A stretch of DNA of 64,000 nucleotides from Dictyostelium discoideum (GCA_000004695.1 CM000155.2:1344001-1408000); one strand, 5' to 3'; counted from the stretch's first letter, positions 1-14,264 are shown. Notes: generated from the sequence alone by a model not told the origin. Translations and numbers: made by a program.

Positions 1-837
1 CGTTTATCACAAACGTGATATTTAACTAATTCCAAGAACTTAGTATTCATTGGTGGTACATTATCCCAAAGTAGTTGATTACAAAGTTCGAAATAAGAGG
101 TGATATCATCGGTGATACTACCGACTTTTCTTTCTTTTTTTCTCTTTTCATCATCACGAAGAATATATTCAACCGATTCTTCTAATCTTCCATTTGCCAA
201 CGGTTCAATTGCAGATAGTTTACCCAACACTCTATTCAATTTCAACTCGAGTACGGTTTTCCTAGTTTCACCCTTTAGACAGGTTTCCCTCCAATATTGA
301 CCAAACGCATCAGAGATCTCTCGACGAGTATTTACAAAATCAACTATATAGCATGCATTCTTTCCCTTGGAAACTCTACTTAACCTACCAATAGTTTGAA
401 CGGCACTGGCACCCTTTAAAGCTCTATCGACATACATCACGGCCAATGATGGCTCGTCGAAACCTGATGATAGCTTATCGGCAACAATGATCAATTGCAC
501 TCTATGTTTCTTATCATTTCTCAAGATTTCCGAGATACCATTTCTCTTTGAAAAGTATTCTGCATAACTACCATTTATCTTTTCATCATATTCCGCTTTC
601 TCTTTTTTCTTTAAACTAAACTTTGCAAATGATGCTATAATATCAAATTTTTGATTCTTTGGTAATGATTTCACCAATGATTCCAATGTTTGTTTATATA
701 ATAAAATTTGTTCTCTACTATTTGTAACTAACATTGCTCTACAATTAAATTCATCATTATTAATTTGTTCTCTTAATTTTAAAAAATGTTTTATAATATA
801 TGATGACTTTTCTTGAATTATTTTCTTTTTTTTAATA

Positions 838-880
<43 letters not shown>

Positions 881-2442
881 AAAATAGAATTAGTATTTTT
901 TTATTTTTTTATTTATATTAATAATAATACATACTTTATCATTATTTGGATGTTTTAAAATATGATAAGATGATTTATTTTCATCATTAAAAAAGGTATC
1001 ACTTGTTTTATCATTTGAAACTTTGGTTAAAATTGAAACAGTTGTATAATGATCAATACAATTCATAACAATTTTATCTTGTAATGCTTTCTCTATTGAA
1101 TAAGTATGAAATGGTACTCTTAAATTACCTCTTGTATCACCAAATAATTCTAAAGCTTTTGGTTTTGGTGTACTTGTAAAACAAAAATATGTTATATTAT
1201 TCTTTTCTCTAGTTTCACCATTTAATATTGCTTTTATTTTTTTTTTTTTTTTAAATAAAATTAAATTATTAATTAGATTATTATAAATTATTAAAAATTA
1301 TTAAAAATTATATTATATTATATTATATATATATATTTACAACTAAAAGTATTTGTCATTGATCTAATATCATCAGAAATAATTGCAATTGATTTATATT
1401 TATTTGAAATATGATCAAATCCATGAGTATCAATAACTTTTGAAAACTTTTGCATTGTTGAGATTACAACTCTAGTTTTAGCTTTTGTTAAAATCTTTTC
1501 CAATAATGCAATTGTATTTGGATGTGAAATTGATGTTAAATCATTATCTTTTAAAAATTGAGTAATAATTGAACCAAGTTGATAATCTAAATGTCTTTTA
1601 TCATTAATCACTAGTATTAAATCATATTTCAATTTACCATCTTCTAATAATCTATATAAATTTGTAATTAATGATGCAATCGTATGACTTTTACCTGACC
1701 CTGCTGCATGTTGAATTAAATAATTTTTTGAATTTTTAACTGGTTTTATTACTTGACTATTATTATTTTGATTATTATTATTATTATTATTATTATTTTG
1801 ATTATTTTGATTATTATTGTTACTACCACTTGTTGAAGAATAATTACTATGATCAGAATTTGTTGATGACGGAGCAAATAATAAACCCATTGGTGATAAA
1901 GGTGTCGCTAAAGGTGTTGCTGGTGATAATGGTATTATCTTTTTTGAATCAATTTTAAATTGTTCCACAATATTTTGAATTATTTTTACACATGCATCTT
2001 TTTGATGAAATCTAGGGATAAGTCTTTTCCAACCTTCCATAACCATTTTATCTATTGCTATACTATCTACATTTTCTATATTTACAAATTTTACTCTACT
2101 ACTATTATTATTAGTATTACCGCTACTACCACTACCACTAATATTACTACTACCACTATTACTACTACTACTACTAAATACGCCTCTAGCAGTTGGTAAT
2201 GGGCTAGTTTCTTTTGGTGGTGGTGATTTCATTTCATCATCTATATTCTCTTCTTCATCCTCTAAATCATCGAAAAAGTCATCCCCATTGTCTGATCCAT
2301 CACTATCTTGTGAATCAAATTCTAACTCATGAGATGGTATCATCTCATCTTTACCTAAAAGTGATGATGTCCTTCTTCTATTTGTTTTTGGTGTACCTGT
2401 TGTAGTAGTTGTGGTTGTTGTTGTTGTCTTATTGCTATTACT

Positions 2443-2511
<69 letters not shown>

Positions 2512-3015
2512 ATTATTATTATTTGATGATGGTACATCAAAACCAATAGTTTTAGTTTTTGGTTGATTTTTAGGTGTAGGAATTGATGAAAAAGTATTAT
2601 TATTATTATTTTTTGAACCATATACTTCAGAAGCTGATTGAGGTGATGGCATTAAAAAACTATTATGTGAAGAGACAGGGGTATGAAATGAACCAGGTGG
2701 TGAAGGTCTAAGGAAAATAGATGATGATGGTTTTTGTTGGTTTCTATAGTTTGTTGGTGATGGTGATGTTGATGAAAAACTACTTGGTACACCAAATCCA
2801 CTATAATAACTATTTGGTGATTGTTTACTTAAAAATCCAGAGAAATTTGGTGATGTCGATGTTGAACTATCCGATGATGTTGACATCATTATATTTCTAC
2901 TACTACTACTAAATTGATGAGTAGTGCTATTACTACTCCCACCACCTCCACCACCACCACTATAATGAATTCTTGGTGATGACATTGAACTATTTGATGA
3001 ATATGATGCACCTAA

Positions 3016-3048
<33 letters not shown>

Positions 3049-3696
3049 GTTATTATTATTACTACCACTACTATTGCTATTGCTATTATTATTGGTAGTG
3101 GTTGGATTTGTTTTGGGTTGGTTAAATGAAGATGATAGTGGTATACCAACAGGTCTTAAGAAGCCACTATTTGTAGTTGTTATACTATTACGAGTATTAT
3201 TTGAAGCGTTACGTAGTAGATGTTGTTGTTGTTGTTGCATTCTAGATAGCATACCACCACCAAATGATGATGGGGCTGATGAAGGTTTAGTAAATCCTCC
3301 ATTATTTGGACTACTAGACATACTAACACTTGCATTTGAATTTTTTATACTTGTCGAAGAGGATGATGATATACTCGGGGTTGGTGTTGGACGTGCTGAT
3401 TGTTTAGAAATTAAACCCTTTTTAAATGAATTGTTTGCGCTATTTCCTGCACTATTGTTATTGCTATTGCTATTGCTATTATTGCCTGTACTACCAATAA
3501 TTACAGTGGTGGTTGTTGGTATTGGTATTGGGGTTGAAGTGGTTGGAGATGAAGTTGTAATTGTTGACTTTTGCTTCAATGATGAAGAAGAGGAAGAGGA
3601 AGAAGAGGAAGAAGTTGGTGATTGTTTTGAACTTGGTATATTTATTGCTGTAGATGGTGGCTTACCACCATTCTGTTTTTTATTAGATTCCATCAT
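1..3696 (-). CDS. SF2 helicase/ATPase with type I/III restriction-enzyme R-subunit-like (HsdR/Res-type) motor domain. N/S/T-rich low-complexity N-terminal half. 3'-partial, the C-terminus runs off the window start.
   Basis: Exon 1 is 3696..1341 (ORF 1318-3696) and carries Walker A 'HAAGSGKSHT'. A GTAAAT...AG intron spans 1340..1231. Exon 2 is 1230..935 and carries a motif-III-like 'FCFTSTPKP'. A GTATGT intron starts at 934. Exon 3, about 824..1, was translated by hand from the reverse complement and gives '...IIVADKLSSGFDEPSLAVMYVDRALKGASAVQTIGRLSRV...' (motifs V-VI, Q..GR..R), continuing in frame to position 1. The exon-3 acceptor is ambiguous between 826/825 and 808/807. Confidence 0.6.
2424..2510. 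repeat. (GTT)n / (AAC)n coding microsatellite. Gives a poly-Asn tract in the helicase N-terminus.
   Basis: Uninterrupted gtt trinucleotide run in the sequence. The minus-strand ORF shows a run of about 27 N here. Confidence 0.9.
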
Positions 3697-4679
3697 ATTT
3701 TTTTAACTAGTTCATATATATAATTTTCTGGCGCGTCTTTTTATTGTATTTTTTTTTAATATATATATTACTATTATAATTATTTTATATGTGTGAGCTT
3801 TATATTATTTATTTGTTGTTTTTTTTGTTTTTTATTGTTTTTTTTTGTTTTTTTTTTTATTGTTTTGTTTTGTTTTTTTTTTTTTTTTTTTGTTTTTATG
3901 TGTTGTTACAATTTTTTTTATTATGCACAAAAGAAATAAACCTTATTAAAAAAATGAAATTTAATAAAAAGAAAAAAGGAAAAAGAAAGATGAAAAAATA
4001 TATAAAGAAATGAAATTGTGCGAATGTGTTTGTACAAGTAATTGAAAAAAAAAAAACAAAAAAAAAAAAAAAAATTTAATTTAATTTTTCAAATTAAAAA
4101 AAAAAAATAAAAAAAAATAAAAAAAAATAAAAAAAAAATAAAAAATAAAAAAAAATAAAATTAAAAAAAGATATTTTTTAGTGAATGTGTAATGTGAAAA
4201 AAAAAAAAAATTATATTACTTTATTTATTTATTCATTTATTTATAATTATTATTATTATTTTTTTTAATAATTAAACATAATTATGTTCATATGTTCTTT
4301 TTATTTTTTTCATATTTTGGAAATCAAATCGTTGGGGTTATTGGGGAAATATTAAAAAATAATTTGATTTTTTTTTTTAATTTTTTTTAATTATTTTTTT
4401 TTTTCCTCAAATAATATCTTATCAAAAACGTGGATGTTTTTTATTTTCCTATTTCAAAATATTTTTTTTTAAATTTATTTTGAAAATTCAAGATATTTAT
4501 TATTTTTTTTTTTTTGTTGTTTTTTTTTTTTAAAGAAAAAAACATTTAATCTCGAGAAGGTTCTTTTTTTATTTTTTTTTAAAAAAAAATAAATATAAAA
4601 GGGTTTTTTTTTTATAATCATTATCTTCACAATCAAAATAAACAAACAAATAAACAAATAGATAAATAATAAAATAATA

Positions 4680-5786
4680 ATGCCACAAAAATTTTATTTA
4701 TTAATATTAACAGTTTTTTCAATATTATTAACAAAAATTAACTGTGAATTACAATTACCTTACTTTTATTCATTTGAAAGTACTGGAAATTTTCAAGTTA
4801 TTAATGTTGAAACTAATGAAGCCGTTTTAAATAGTACACTATCGATTGATTTACAGGTTTTATTAGTTTATGGGTCAACTATTTCCACAGTTTCAAATAA
4901 ACCAATTTTTAATTTATTCGTTTCAGAAATAAATAGTAGAGTTTTCTATACAATTGATTATGATTCAGATTCCAATCAATTTAGTAATAAAAGTGTACAA
5001 TTAACGTTACCAACTACTCTTGGTTTTGAATACGACCCTTCAACATTTTTCTACAACCCAGTTACAAATTCATTCATTTTACCTTGTCACATTGATGGTT
5101 TAACTCAAAATGTTTTATCCTTTATTGAATGGGATTTTAAAAATTCAAAAATGTAATTACACTTTATATTAATTTATAAATTTAATAATTATTTATTTTT
5201 TTTTTATTAATTTTTTATTAATTTTTTTATTTATTTATTTTTTTTTTTTTTTTTTAGAAATACTTATAAAAATGTAGAAAGTTTTAAATATATGACACTT
5301 CCAATATCAGCATATAATCCATATACTGATGAATTATTTACATTTTTAACAGGTCCAAATAATGCACCATATGTTCAAATTAATATGAATAATTCATTTT
5401 CAGTTGATAATGTAAAGGTTATTAAATTCCCAAGTAAGAGTGCAACATTACCAAATATTGGCAACATATTTATAAATACACAAGGTGGGTTAGTTGGTAC
5501 TGGCTATATTGAAGGAACATCGGAATTGTTTGTTTGTGAAATTGATTTCAAAACATTATCATGTTCAATCGAATATACAACTTTAATTTCATCATTTGAT
5601 AATAATTTCTCTGTAATTTATCCATCATCAGATTTATCTTATTTAATTATATTGGTTGGAAATGGTTTCAATTGTGATACTATTGAAATTAATTATTTAA
5701 ATTTATTTACATATAAAGTAGATTATACATTTAAAATTAATAATTTCTTTAAAAATCCTCAAGATAGTCCAGTACTTTTTTTCTAA
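4680..5786 (+). CDS. Secreted protein of unknown function (N-terminal signal peptide), two exons.
   Basis: ORFs 4680-5156 and 5292-5786 join in frame through a GTAATT...TTTTTAG intron at 5153..5257. The exon-1 phase-2 'at' plus 'a' at 5258 keeps the 5292 frame. The N-terminus 'MPQKFYLLILTVFSILLTKINC' is hydrophobic. Structure: join(4680..5152,5258..5786). Confidence 0.55.
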
Positions 5787-6473
5787 AGTTAGTAAAAAAA
5801 ATAATTTTTTCCAAAATAAAATTTATTTTAAATATTTCCAAAAAAAAAAAATTACAAAAACAAGATTTAATTTATTTTTTTATTAGGTTTATTTTTTTTT
5901 TATTCCCATTTTACTTTTTTAGAAGTTTTAAAAAAAAAACCAGAAAGAAAAAAGATTTTAAACCAAATTATTTTATGGTAGGGATCTTCACTGAATTTTT
6001 TTTTTTTTTTTGAAATTAAGCAAAATTTAACAAAATTTTATTATAATAAAAAGAAAAAAAAAAAAATTATAAATTATAATAATAAATAAACTAATTATGA
6101 TTTGGACTATTTCATATTTTACTTGGAAATTAAAAACAGAAATTATAAAGAAGTTGAAAAATAAACTTAACTGAAATTAAATAAATTATTTCAAAGAATG
6201 AGAAAATAAAAAATTTGAAATTTTGTTAAAAATAAAAAAATAAAAAAAAAAATATTTTGGAAAAAAAAAATATCTTAAAATTACGTATTATTAATCAAAA
6301 AAAAAAAAATTGTGGGTTTTTTTTTTTTTTTTTTTTTTTTTTTGTTTTTTAAACTAAAAATAAAAATAAAAAAAAAACAAAAAAAATAAAAAAAATTAAA
6401 AAAGATTTAAATAATTAATTTTTTTTTTTATATATATAAATTCATTATAGTTATCACAACCAAATTAAATAAT

Positions 6474-7510
6474 ATGAAATTTCATTATTCAATTTTTTTA
6501 TTTTATTTTTTATTTTTTTTTAAAATTATCAAATGTGTAGATGTGGAGTCATCCGATTGTATGTTATTAATTTAATATTTTTTTTAATACCATTATTGGA
6601 ATTTAATTTTAATTTATTTTTTAATTTATTTTTGAACCCTTTTTTTTTTTTTTTTTTTTTTTAAAAAGTAACTTGTTTAAATAATTTAGGGTTAAAAACA
6701 TTCGTAGATGAATTTATTTCTCCTGATATTCAATCAAAATTTTGCACATTATCATTCAACAATTGTTTTTCAAATGGTTCAATAAGTGATTTGGTTCTTC
6801 GTCAAAATAACACTGAACTTTTATCATGGAGTGATTTCAGTTGTTTTTCATCAATTAATACACTCAGATTATATAACTCCTATATAGAATCGGATTTTAT
6901 ATATAATCCAATTTCAACAATCAAACAATTGTAATATAAATTTTAATTTAATTATAAAAATTATAATTTATATTAACTATTACTTTTTATATTTTATTTT
7001 TATATATAGATATTTATATCCAAAATCTAATATTGATTCAATTTATCAAGTGGTTCCAAAATATGATGTATTAACATTAAGCAATTTAACAAATTCATAT
7101 GTTTTAAAAGCATCATATTTAAAAAATGTTAAATTTCTGTGAGTAGAAATTGTTTTTATTAGTTTTTTTTTTTTTTTTTTTTTCTGGAACCTAATTTTTT
7201 TTTTTTTTTTTTTTTTTTTTTAGTAATATATTTGGAGGTTTTATTATATTTGATACTGAAGGAGATCAAAGTAATAGTGAATTAGAATCTTTAAGCTTCA
7301 CTTCAGATTCACTTCCAATTTTAACAGGTTTTCCAAAATTAAAACAATTATCAATATACTCTGGCCAAAATTCAATTTTCAACGAATCTTCATTAGGAAA
7401 TTTGGTACCTCTAAATAAATTAACCTCTTTAACAATTGATATAAATACACCAGATGTAGATATATTTAGCCATATAATTTCAATATCTAATTCTAGTTTG
7501 TTAAATATGT

Positions 7511-7552
<42 letters not shown>

Positions 7553-10123
7553 TTATTCTAATTGTTTTTATTTTTTTATTTTTTTAAAAAATTAAAAAGC
7601 TATTTTGGAAGTGGCATTAAAATGGGACCAGCAAAACAAAAATATGATTTTTCAATTTTTGAAAATATGACTCAAATTTCATTATTTGGAGATAATAAGT
7701 ATTTCAATTTTGAAGGACAATTTCCATTCTCTTCTTTACCACCAAAATTGACATATCTTATATTTCCAAATGGTAATTTTTCATTCCCAGATATTAAATT
7801 TTTTGAAAATTTTACAAGTGTCGGGTTCAACTCTATTTCCAGGTCAAATGTTTATGGTACACTACCAAAGTATACACTATCAAAGAAAGTTTCATTTTCA
7901 ATGAGTAATAATAAATTAACAGGAACAATTGATAAAAGTTGGTGTAATATCAATTCAGATTTTTCAAATAATCTATTTAGTGGTGAACTTCCTGAATGTT
8001 TTTATTGTTTTTTAAATGATTCAAGTGTTTCAAAGTTTTTAAAAGGAAATAGTTTTACAAATTTTAATACAAATAATCAAGATTGTGGATATTGTAAGTA
8101 GTATTTTTGTTATTTTTTTTAAAAAAATTAAAAAAAAAAAAAAATTTAATTGGTTATTAATTAACAATAATTTTAAATTTTTTTTTAATAGCCCAAATTT
8201 CAATATATAGTATTAAATTTAGTGCTTTGGGGATATCATTTAATATTTATGGTAAAAATATGGGACATTATCAAAATATAATTGCAACTCCTCCTTTAAC
8301 TTTAAGTGATAATAATCTTGATGGTTCAATTTCAGGTTATTTGTCAACACCTGTTGGAAATTTAAAAACAGTTGAATTTAGATTAAAATCACCAGGAATA
8401 AACTTTACTATTGCTGTAAAACCTGAAAATCCTACAATAGATAGTATCACTCAAAATAACAATACATTTACTATTTATGGTACTTATTTCTCATATAATC
8501 AATCATCAATCAATGTTATTATTGGAAATAATATTTGTAATGTTTTCTCATCAACATTTTATCAAATTCAATGTGAAATTGGCTATCCTGTTGTTGATAA
8601 AGGTATTATCAATCTAAAGGTAACAGTCGAAGATAAATTTTCATCAAGTAAATCATTTGAAATAACTCAAACTAATCAACCATGTCATCCAAATGATTGT
8701 AATGGAAATGGTGTTTGTGATCATGTTTATGGTGTTTGTAAATGTAATAGTAGATGGGTTACAATTGGAAATCAAATTTGTTTAATTACAAATCATTTCA
8801 TTTCATCATCTACTCAAGTTGATTCAACAACAGGTGGTAATATAACGTTATATGGTTCCTTTGGACCTGATCATCTATCATACCAATTAATAATTGATGG
8901 TTTAAATTCAACAATCTTTTTTATTGATGATAATTCAATTCTAACATCAATAGAACCGGGTACAGGTGGAAAATTAATAACATTCATTCAAAACAGTATT
9001 ACATGGAGTGGTACAGTTTATCCATACATTATTAAATCTTTCAAATGTCCAAACGATTGTGGTGGAAATGCTCAAGGTAACTGTAATACATTAAATGGTC
9101 AATGTGATTGTTTAAAGGGATATACTGGATTCGATTGTAGTCCATTACCAATTGTTAAAACAAAAGATGAACCATCATCAACAACATCGGTTGCTTCATC
9201 AGGTTTAACAACAATCTCAAATGAACAAACTGGTTATCAACTTTCAATTAACTCTGTGGTTGAAATTGATTTTAATGGTAAAGAAATTCCAAATTCTTTA
9301 ATTAAACTTTCAGGTAATTGGAAATTGGAAAGTAATCAAAACTCAATTTCAATATTTAAACAACAAGTAGAAAATACTATATTTATTTTAACTATTGAAG
9401 AGATTGAAAATTCTGATAAACAATTCTCATTTGCTGGTAATAATTTCACAGTTTCTAAAGGTGGTATTAAAATTTCTTTCTCAATTTCAAATTGGAATTA
9501 TCAAAGTAATTTAAATACACTTAGAGTAGAAATGATATCAGATATTAAAATCGATGAAAATAAAGATATAAATAGCTGTAATGATGATAATAGTCAGCCA
9601 TCATTTGAATCATCATCAAATTCTCAAAGTGATACTGGTAATTTAAATTATCTTAAATTTTCAATTAATGGTAAAATACTTCAAGGTAGATTCCAAGATA
9701 AAATGCTATCCGATGGTAGACCAACTTCAACATTTTCAAAAGTATTATCTAAAACTAATAATATGGTAACTCTTGGTTTAGATTTACCACATTGTATTGA
9801 ATGTTTATTAGATCCTGATTTTTCAGTTTTGTGTATGTATTTTTTTTTAAAAAATATTATTATTAACTATAAAAATAAAATTATACTAATCTATTTTCAT
9901 TTATAAAATTTTAGTGAGCCCAGATTTTAAATCATCAGATTCTTGTAAATCAGATGATAAAAAACCATGGTTAATTCCTGTTGTAGTTGTCATACCAGTT
10001 GTTGTAGTTGCAACCATCATTACTGTTATTATTGTATTGGCAAAGAAAAATAGTGTTAAACTTAGAATTGGTTTGAGAAATATTTCAATGGGTTCAGTCA
10101 AAAAGGATCATTCAAGAAAATAG
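6474..10123 (+). CDS. Type I membrane protein with signal peptide, leucine-rich repeats, EGF-like/laminin-EGF Cys-rich modules and a C-terminal transmembrane helix (adhesion/receptor-like).
   Basis: Hand-spliced from seven exons: join(6474..6558,6690..6930,7010..7138,7224..7508,7600..8097,8211..9832,9915..10123). The N-terminus is MKFHYSIFLFYFLFFFKIIKC. LRR-like segments are present in exons 2-5, for example 'LTYLIFPNGNFSFPDIKFFENFTSVGFNSISRSNVYGTLP'. EGF-like motifs include 'CNGNGVCDHVYGVCKCNSRW' and 'CPNDCGGNAQGNCNTLNGQCDCLKGYTGFDC'. A transmembrane segment 'WLIPVVVVIPVVVVATIITVIIVLAKK' is followed by a short cytoplasmic tail. Most donors are GTATGT/GTAATA/GTGAGT/GTAGGT. The exon-5 donor had to be placed at a weak GTAGTA at 8098 to keep frame, so that junction is uncertain. 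Confidence 0.5.
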
Positions 10124-10214
10124 AACAGAATAAAAATAAAAATAAAAATTAAAATTAAAATAAAAATAAAAATTAAAAATAATTTTCGTTCGTTTTTTTT
10201 TTTTTTTTATGATT

Positions 10215-10247
<33 letters not shown>

Positions 10248-10448
10248 TTTCAATTTTGTTTTAAAATAGAGATTCATATATTTATATAACTTTTTAAAAA
10301 AAAAAGGGGAAGAAAAAATAAATTAAAAGTTGATTTAAATAAACCTTTACAAGGAACAGCAACAGTACAATCAAAAGAAAAAACTACATTAAAGGTAATT
10401 GATCCAATAAAGAATTTCCCAGAATTACAAAATAAACCAGAACTTGAA

Positions 10449-10870
10449 ATGGCAAAATTACTTCAAATGTCTGAAAAAGTTAATAAAGATGAATTAGAAC
10501 CAATTGAAAAATATAATATAGAAAATGGAAATAATGATGATGAAGATAATGAAGATGAAGATGATAAAATGGAAGATGAAGACGATGAAAATGATGAGAA
10601 TAAAAACAGTGAAAAGAAGATGTCACATAGAGAAAAGTAGATATTTATCAATTTTTTTTTTTTTTTTTAGAAGATTTTAACTTACTAATAAATAATAATA
10701 ATAATAATAGGTTTTTATTAAAAAGAAAATTAAAAAATGAAGTAGTAACATTAAAAGAACAACGTAAAAAATGTAAAAAGACAAACTTTGTTCAAAAGAA
10801 AGAGAAGAAATCACTTTCACAAGAAATTCATGAAAAAGTAAATGCAACCTTAAAAAAGAAAAAATTGTAA
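10449..10870 (+). CDS. Small protein of about 116 aa with an acidic D/E-rich N-half and a basic K-rich C-half. Function unknown.
   Basis: ORF 10449-10640 is joined by a 74-nt intron at 10637..10710 (donor GTAGAT, acceptor AATAATAG) to a second exon, 10711..10870, ending '...KVNATLKKKKL*'. The reading frame also stays open upstream of the ATG, so the 5' end is uncertain. Confidence 0.35.
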
Positions 10871-11056
10871 ATAAAAAAAATAAAAAGAAAATTTAGTAAT
10901 TCCATATGAAACTTAAAAAAGTTAAAAGATGATAGTTAGGACCTGAAACACTTTTTTTTTTTTTTTAAAAAAAATTTATAGAAAAGAGAAAACTTAAAAA
11001 ATACAAAAAGGATAAATTTAAATATACAATTATAATTTATTTAAGAGATCTACTTT

Positions 11057-11091
<35 letters not shown>

Positions 11092-11097
<6 letters not shown>

Positions 11098-14000
11098 AGT
11101 AGTAATTATAAAAGTTCTGATTTGCATTGGAGAAAAAGTAAAAACAAAACCATTTGAAGAATCTTCTTTAGTTGATGATGATGATTTATGATCATAGTTT
11201 TTACCATCAACAGTTTTCCATTTTAATCTTGATAAATTTGATAATTTTTGAACACCAGTTAAATTCATTTCAGTTGCAGAAGTGATTGTAATTGTTGAAA
11301 AGATAGTTGAAAGATCTAAAGTGATAGTTTGTGGATCTTGTGAATCTTGACCATCAATTTGATAAATATTTTCAATACGTAAAAGTATGGTATTATCTTG
11401 ATTATCTAACCATTGTAGAGTTTGAATCTTTAAACCATTTGGTAAAGGTGAGGCTGAAGTCAATGGTGAGTAAACACCTTGATATTGAGAATTCCAATCG
11501 TTTGAAGATTGTTGAGTGGTTGTAAACATTGGGAGTAATGGATGTGATAAAGAGAGTGCAGCAGGACGATAATGAGATTGAGCATAACTTGAAATATCAT
11601 GGAAAATCAATTTACTAGTTGTAACGATTTGAGTTGACTCATTCATTGGTTGACCAACACCACGACCATCATCTTTCAAAGTACGACGATGCATCATCAT
11701 ATCCAATTGACCATCTCTTAACGATGCACATCCACGACTTCTATCAGTGACAATGGTGAATTGTAATGATTGATTAGGATCTTGAATGTAGGCAATAGCA
11801 TTCACAGGTACATAATTACCACTGGTTGGTTGAACCACGGTTAAATTCCATGATGGACGATAGTTGGTTATTCTCTTTTGCATTTCCATACCTTGAGAAT
11901 CGGAATACCATGTCTGGTCAGTCACCAATGTAGTGGTATAACGTGATACAATCTCTTTACCAATTCCATCACTAATATCAATTGGACCAATGATTTCTTC
12001 AACCTCTAAATGATCAGCATTTGAATATAATCTAAAGGTTTGAACCATTTCATTTGACCAAAATCTTCTAATACTTGATGAGATTTCACCTCTAATAATC
12101 GATACACTTGGTGTGGCATTATTGTAAGGATAAGCAAAATCTTCAACAGGTCTAAAGATATAAGCACCACTACATTGAGCAGAATCATCATTACCAACAC
12201 TTGGATTATACCAAATATATTCTTGAGTAATTGATGAAGTAACCCCTGATGTTTTATTAGTAATTGAAAGTATTGAACCATCTTGAGAACTAAATTGAAC
12301 GTTAATATAATCATTCTCTAATATAATTGGATCATTATATGATACTTTTTCATTAATTTTACCACCACCTGAAACTATAATTTCATCTTGAATTATTATT
12401 GCTGGAATTGAATTTGGTTCAACAAAATCAGATGCTGTAGATGTTATAATATAGGTTGAATAACCTAATGGTGGGATTGTGGCTAAAAACTCTAGAATAA
12501 AGGTACCATTAATTTGATTAACTTGAGATGTAATTGAACCATTGGATGAGGAAGTTACTGTAACATTTGCAATTGGAATTGGAATACGAACTGGTTCATT
12601 ACGAGTCCAACTTAAACTATTATAAATTAACACTGGAACTGAGGTACCTGATGAAAGTGGATCAGTTGCTGGACAAATACTTTGATTTAATAATGGGCAG
12701 AAGGAAATGGTTGGAGTGGCAGCGGCCGATTTTGAATTACCATTGGCAGTTAGTAATGTGCCAACAACTGTATTAATAGTTTCCAATGAAGCACAATTAC
12801 CAATTGAAAGACGTTCTGCATAATCATCTGCAACATGTTGTTGTTCTGTTCCTGATACGGCATCATGATGTTGAGCAATACCCATTACCTCTCTCATTAT
12901 AACAATGTCATCAACCAATTGTTCAGATCTACTACTTGGCATAAGATTACTACTAGTTACCAACATTTGTTCAACTACATGTAATAGAGCATTATTTTGA
13001 CGAACGTAGCCTTTCAATGCTGGACGACTAACGAAATAACCAGTCCAATAACTAAATTCATTATCAGCATATGGGAAGAGATCATCAGTTTTCACTTCCC
13101 ATACTAGATTGGCATCATTTACAGCATCTATATAAATTGATGGAGTTGAATATAACAAATTTAAACCATATTTATCCGGATTTGAATTGATATGTGCGAT
13201 TAGTTTGTCAATGTTTTTGTAATACATTTGAGCGTTAAGGTAAGCGAAATCACAACCAAATGGAATTAGTACATTATTGGTACGATAATGAGTTGCATAT
13301 TCAAGTGCCACTTGAGTGAACTGTTCAGCTCTTGAGTCTACGTTATTATCGAATAAATTTGGGTCATCTTGAATTGGGTCATCACCTTGCTCAAAGTTGA
13401 AACCATCTGGAGTACAATACATTGCACGTAGTACTGATGTGAAAACTTGATTCTCTGGTGTACTTTGGGTCGATCTCCACATGAACTCCATTTGCTTATT
13501 CTCTAAACGAGCTTCGATATCTTGATAATCCATACGACCGATAATGAATGCATCGAATCCTAATTGACCAAAGATACGAGCTTGTGTTGCACTATGGCCA
13601 AATGGATCTATGTGCCAGCCTATCTTTGGCATAACTCCGAAATTCTCCCAAAGGAATTGATGGCCCAATGTCATTTGGTCAATAGTATCGTCATAGTAGG
13701 TAGTAGCCTCATCATTCATACAATACCCACCATTTATGAATTCCAATTGACCACTTTCAACCAAACCCTTAACAATATTTTGCATTGTTGTACTTTGTTC
13801 ATCCCACCATCTTTGGAAAAATGCAATTTCAACATAAATAAACTTTCTTTCTGGATTTGCCAATAAACAGGTAATGGCTGTATCCAAAGTATATTGAACA
13901 CCTGCAAATGCAATTGACATATTTGATCCATAATAATATTCATCAACTGTTTTTAACCAACCAACATCCTATTATTTTTTTATAAAAAAAAAAAAATAAA

Positions 14001-14264
14001 AAATAAAAAAAATTAAAGATTAGATTTTAGAATAAATAAATATATTTTTTTTTTTTTTTCCTTTATTTTATTTTATTTTTTTTTTTAAAAAAAAAAAATT
14101 ATACATACATCATGAGTATGAGCAACAATATGAACATTTAATAATGTTGATGATAGTTTTGGTTTTGATTTTTTAATATCATTTATTTTTGTTTTTTTTC
14201 CATTAATTTCATTGATAATTAAAAACAAACAAAAAATTAATATAAATAATTTTTTTATTACCAT
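11092..14264 (-). CDS. Lysosomal alpha-mannosidase, glycoside hydrolase family 38, with signal peptide.
   Basis: Structure: join(14264..14109,13968..11092). Exon 1 gives 'MVIKKLFILIFCLFLIINEINGKK...VHIVAHTHD'. A GTATGT...ATAATAG intron is 85 nt (14108..13969). Exon 2 starts 'DVGWLKTVDEYYYG' and then matches ORF 11092-13920 with the GH38 signature stretch 'GWHIDPFGHSATQARIFGQLGFDAFIIGRMDYQD'. Total about 1010 aa. Confidence 0.85.

Noticed and set aside
3047-3706. 219-aa plus-strand ORF (poly-Leu/Val)
   Set aside because: It is the antisense reading of the N/S-rich low-complexity part of the minus-strand helicase gene. Composition-driven, no start context.
10140-10190. Possible short tandem repeat (aaaataaaaattaaaatt...)
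   Set aside because: Ordinary A/T-rich 3' flanking low-complexity DNA. No defined unit beyond AT richness.
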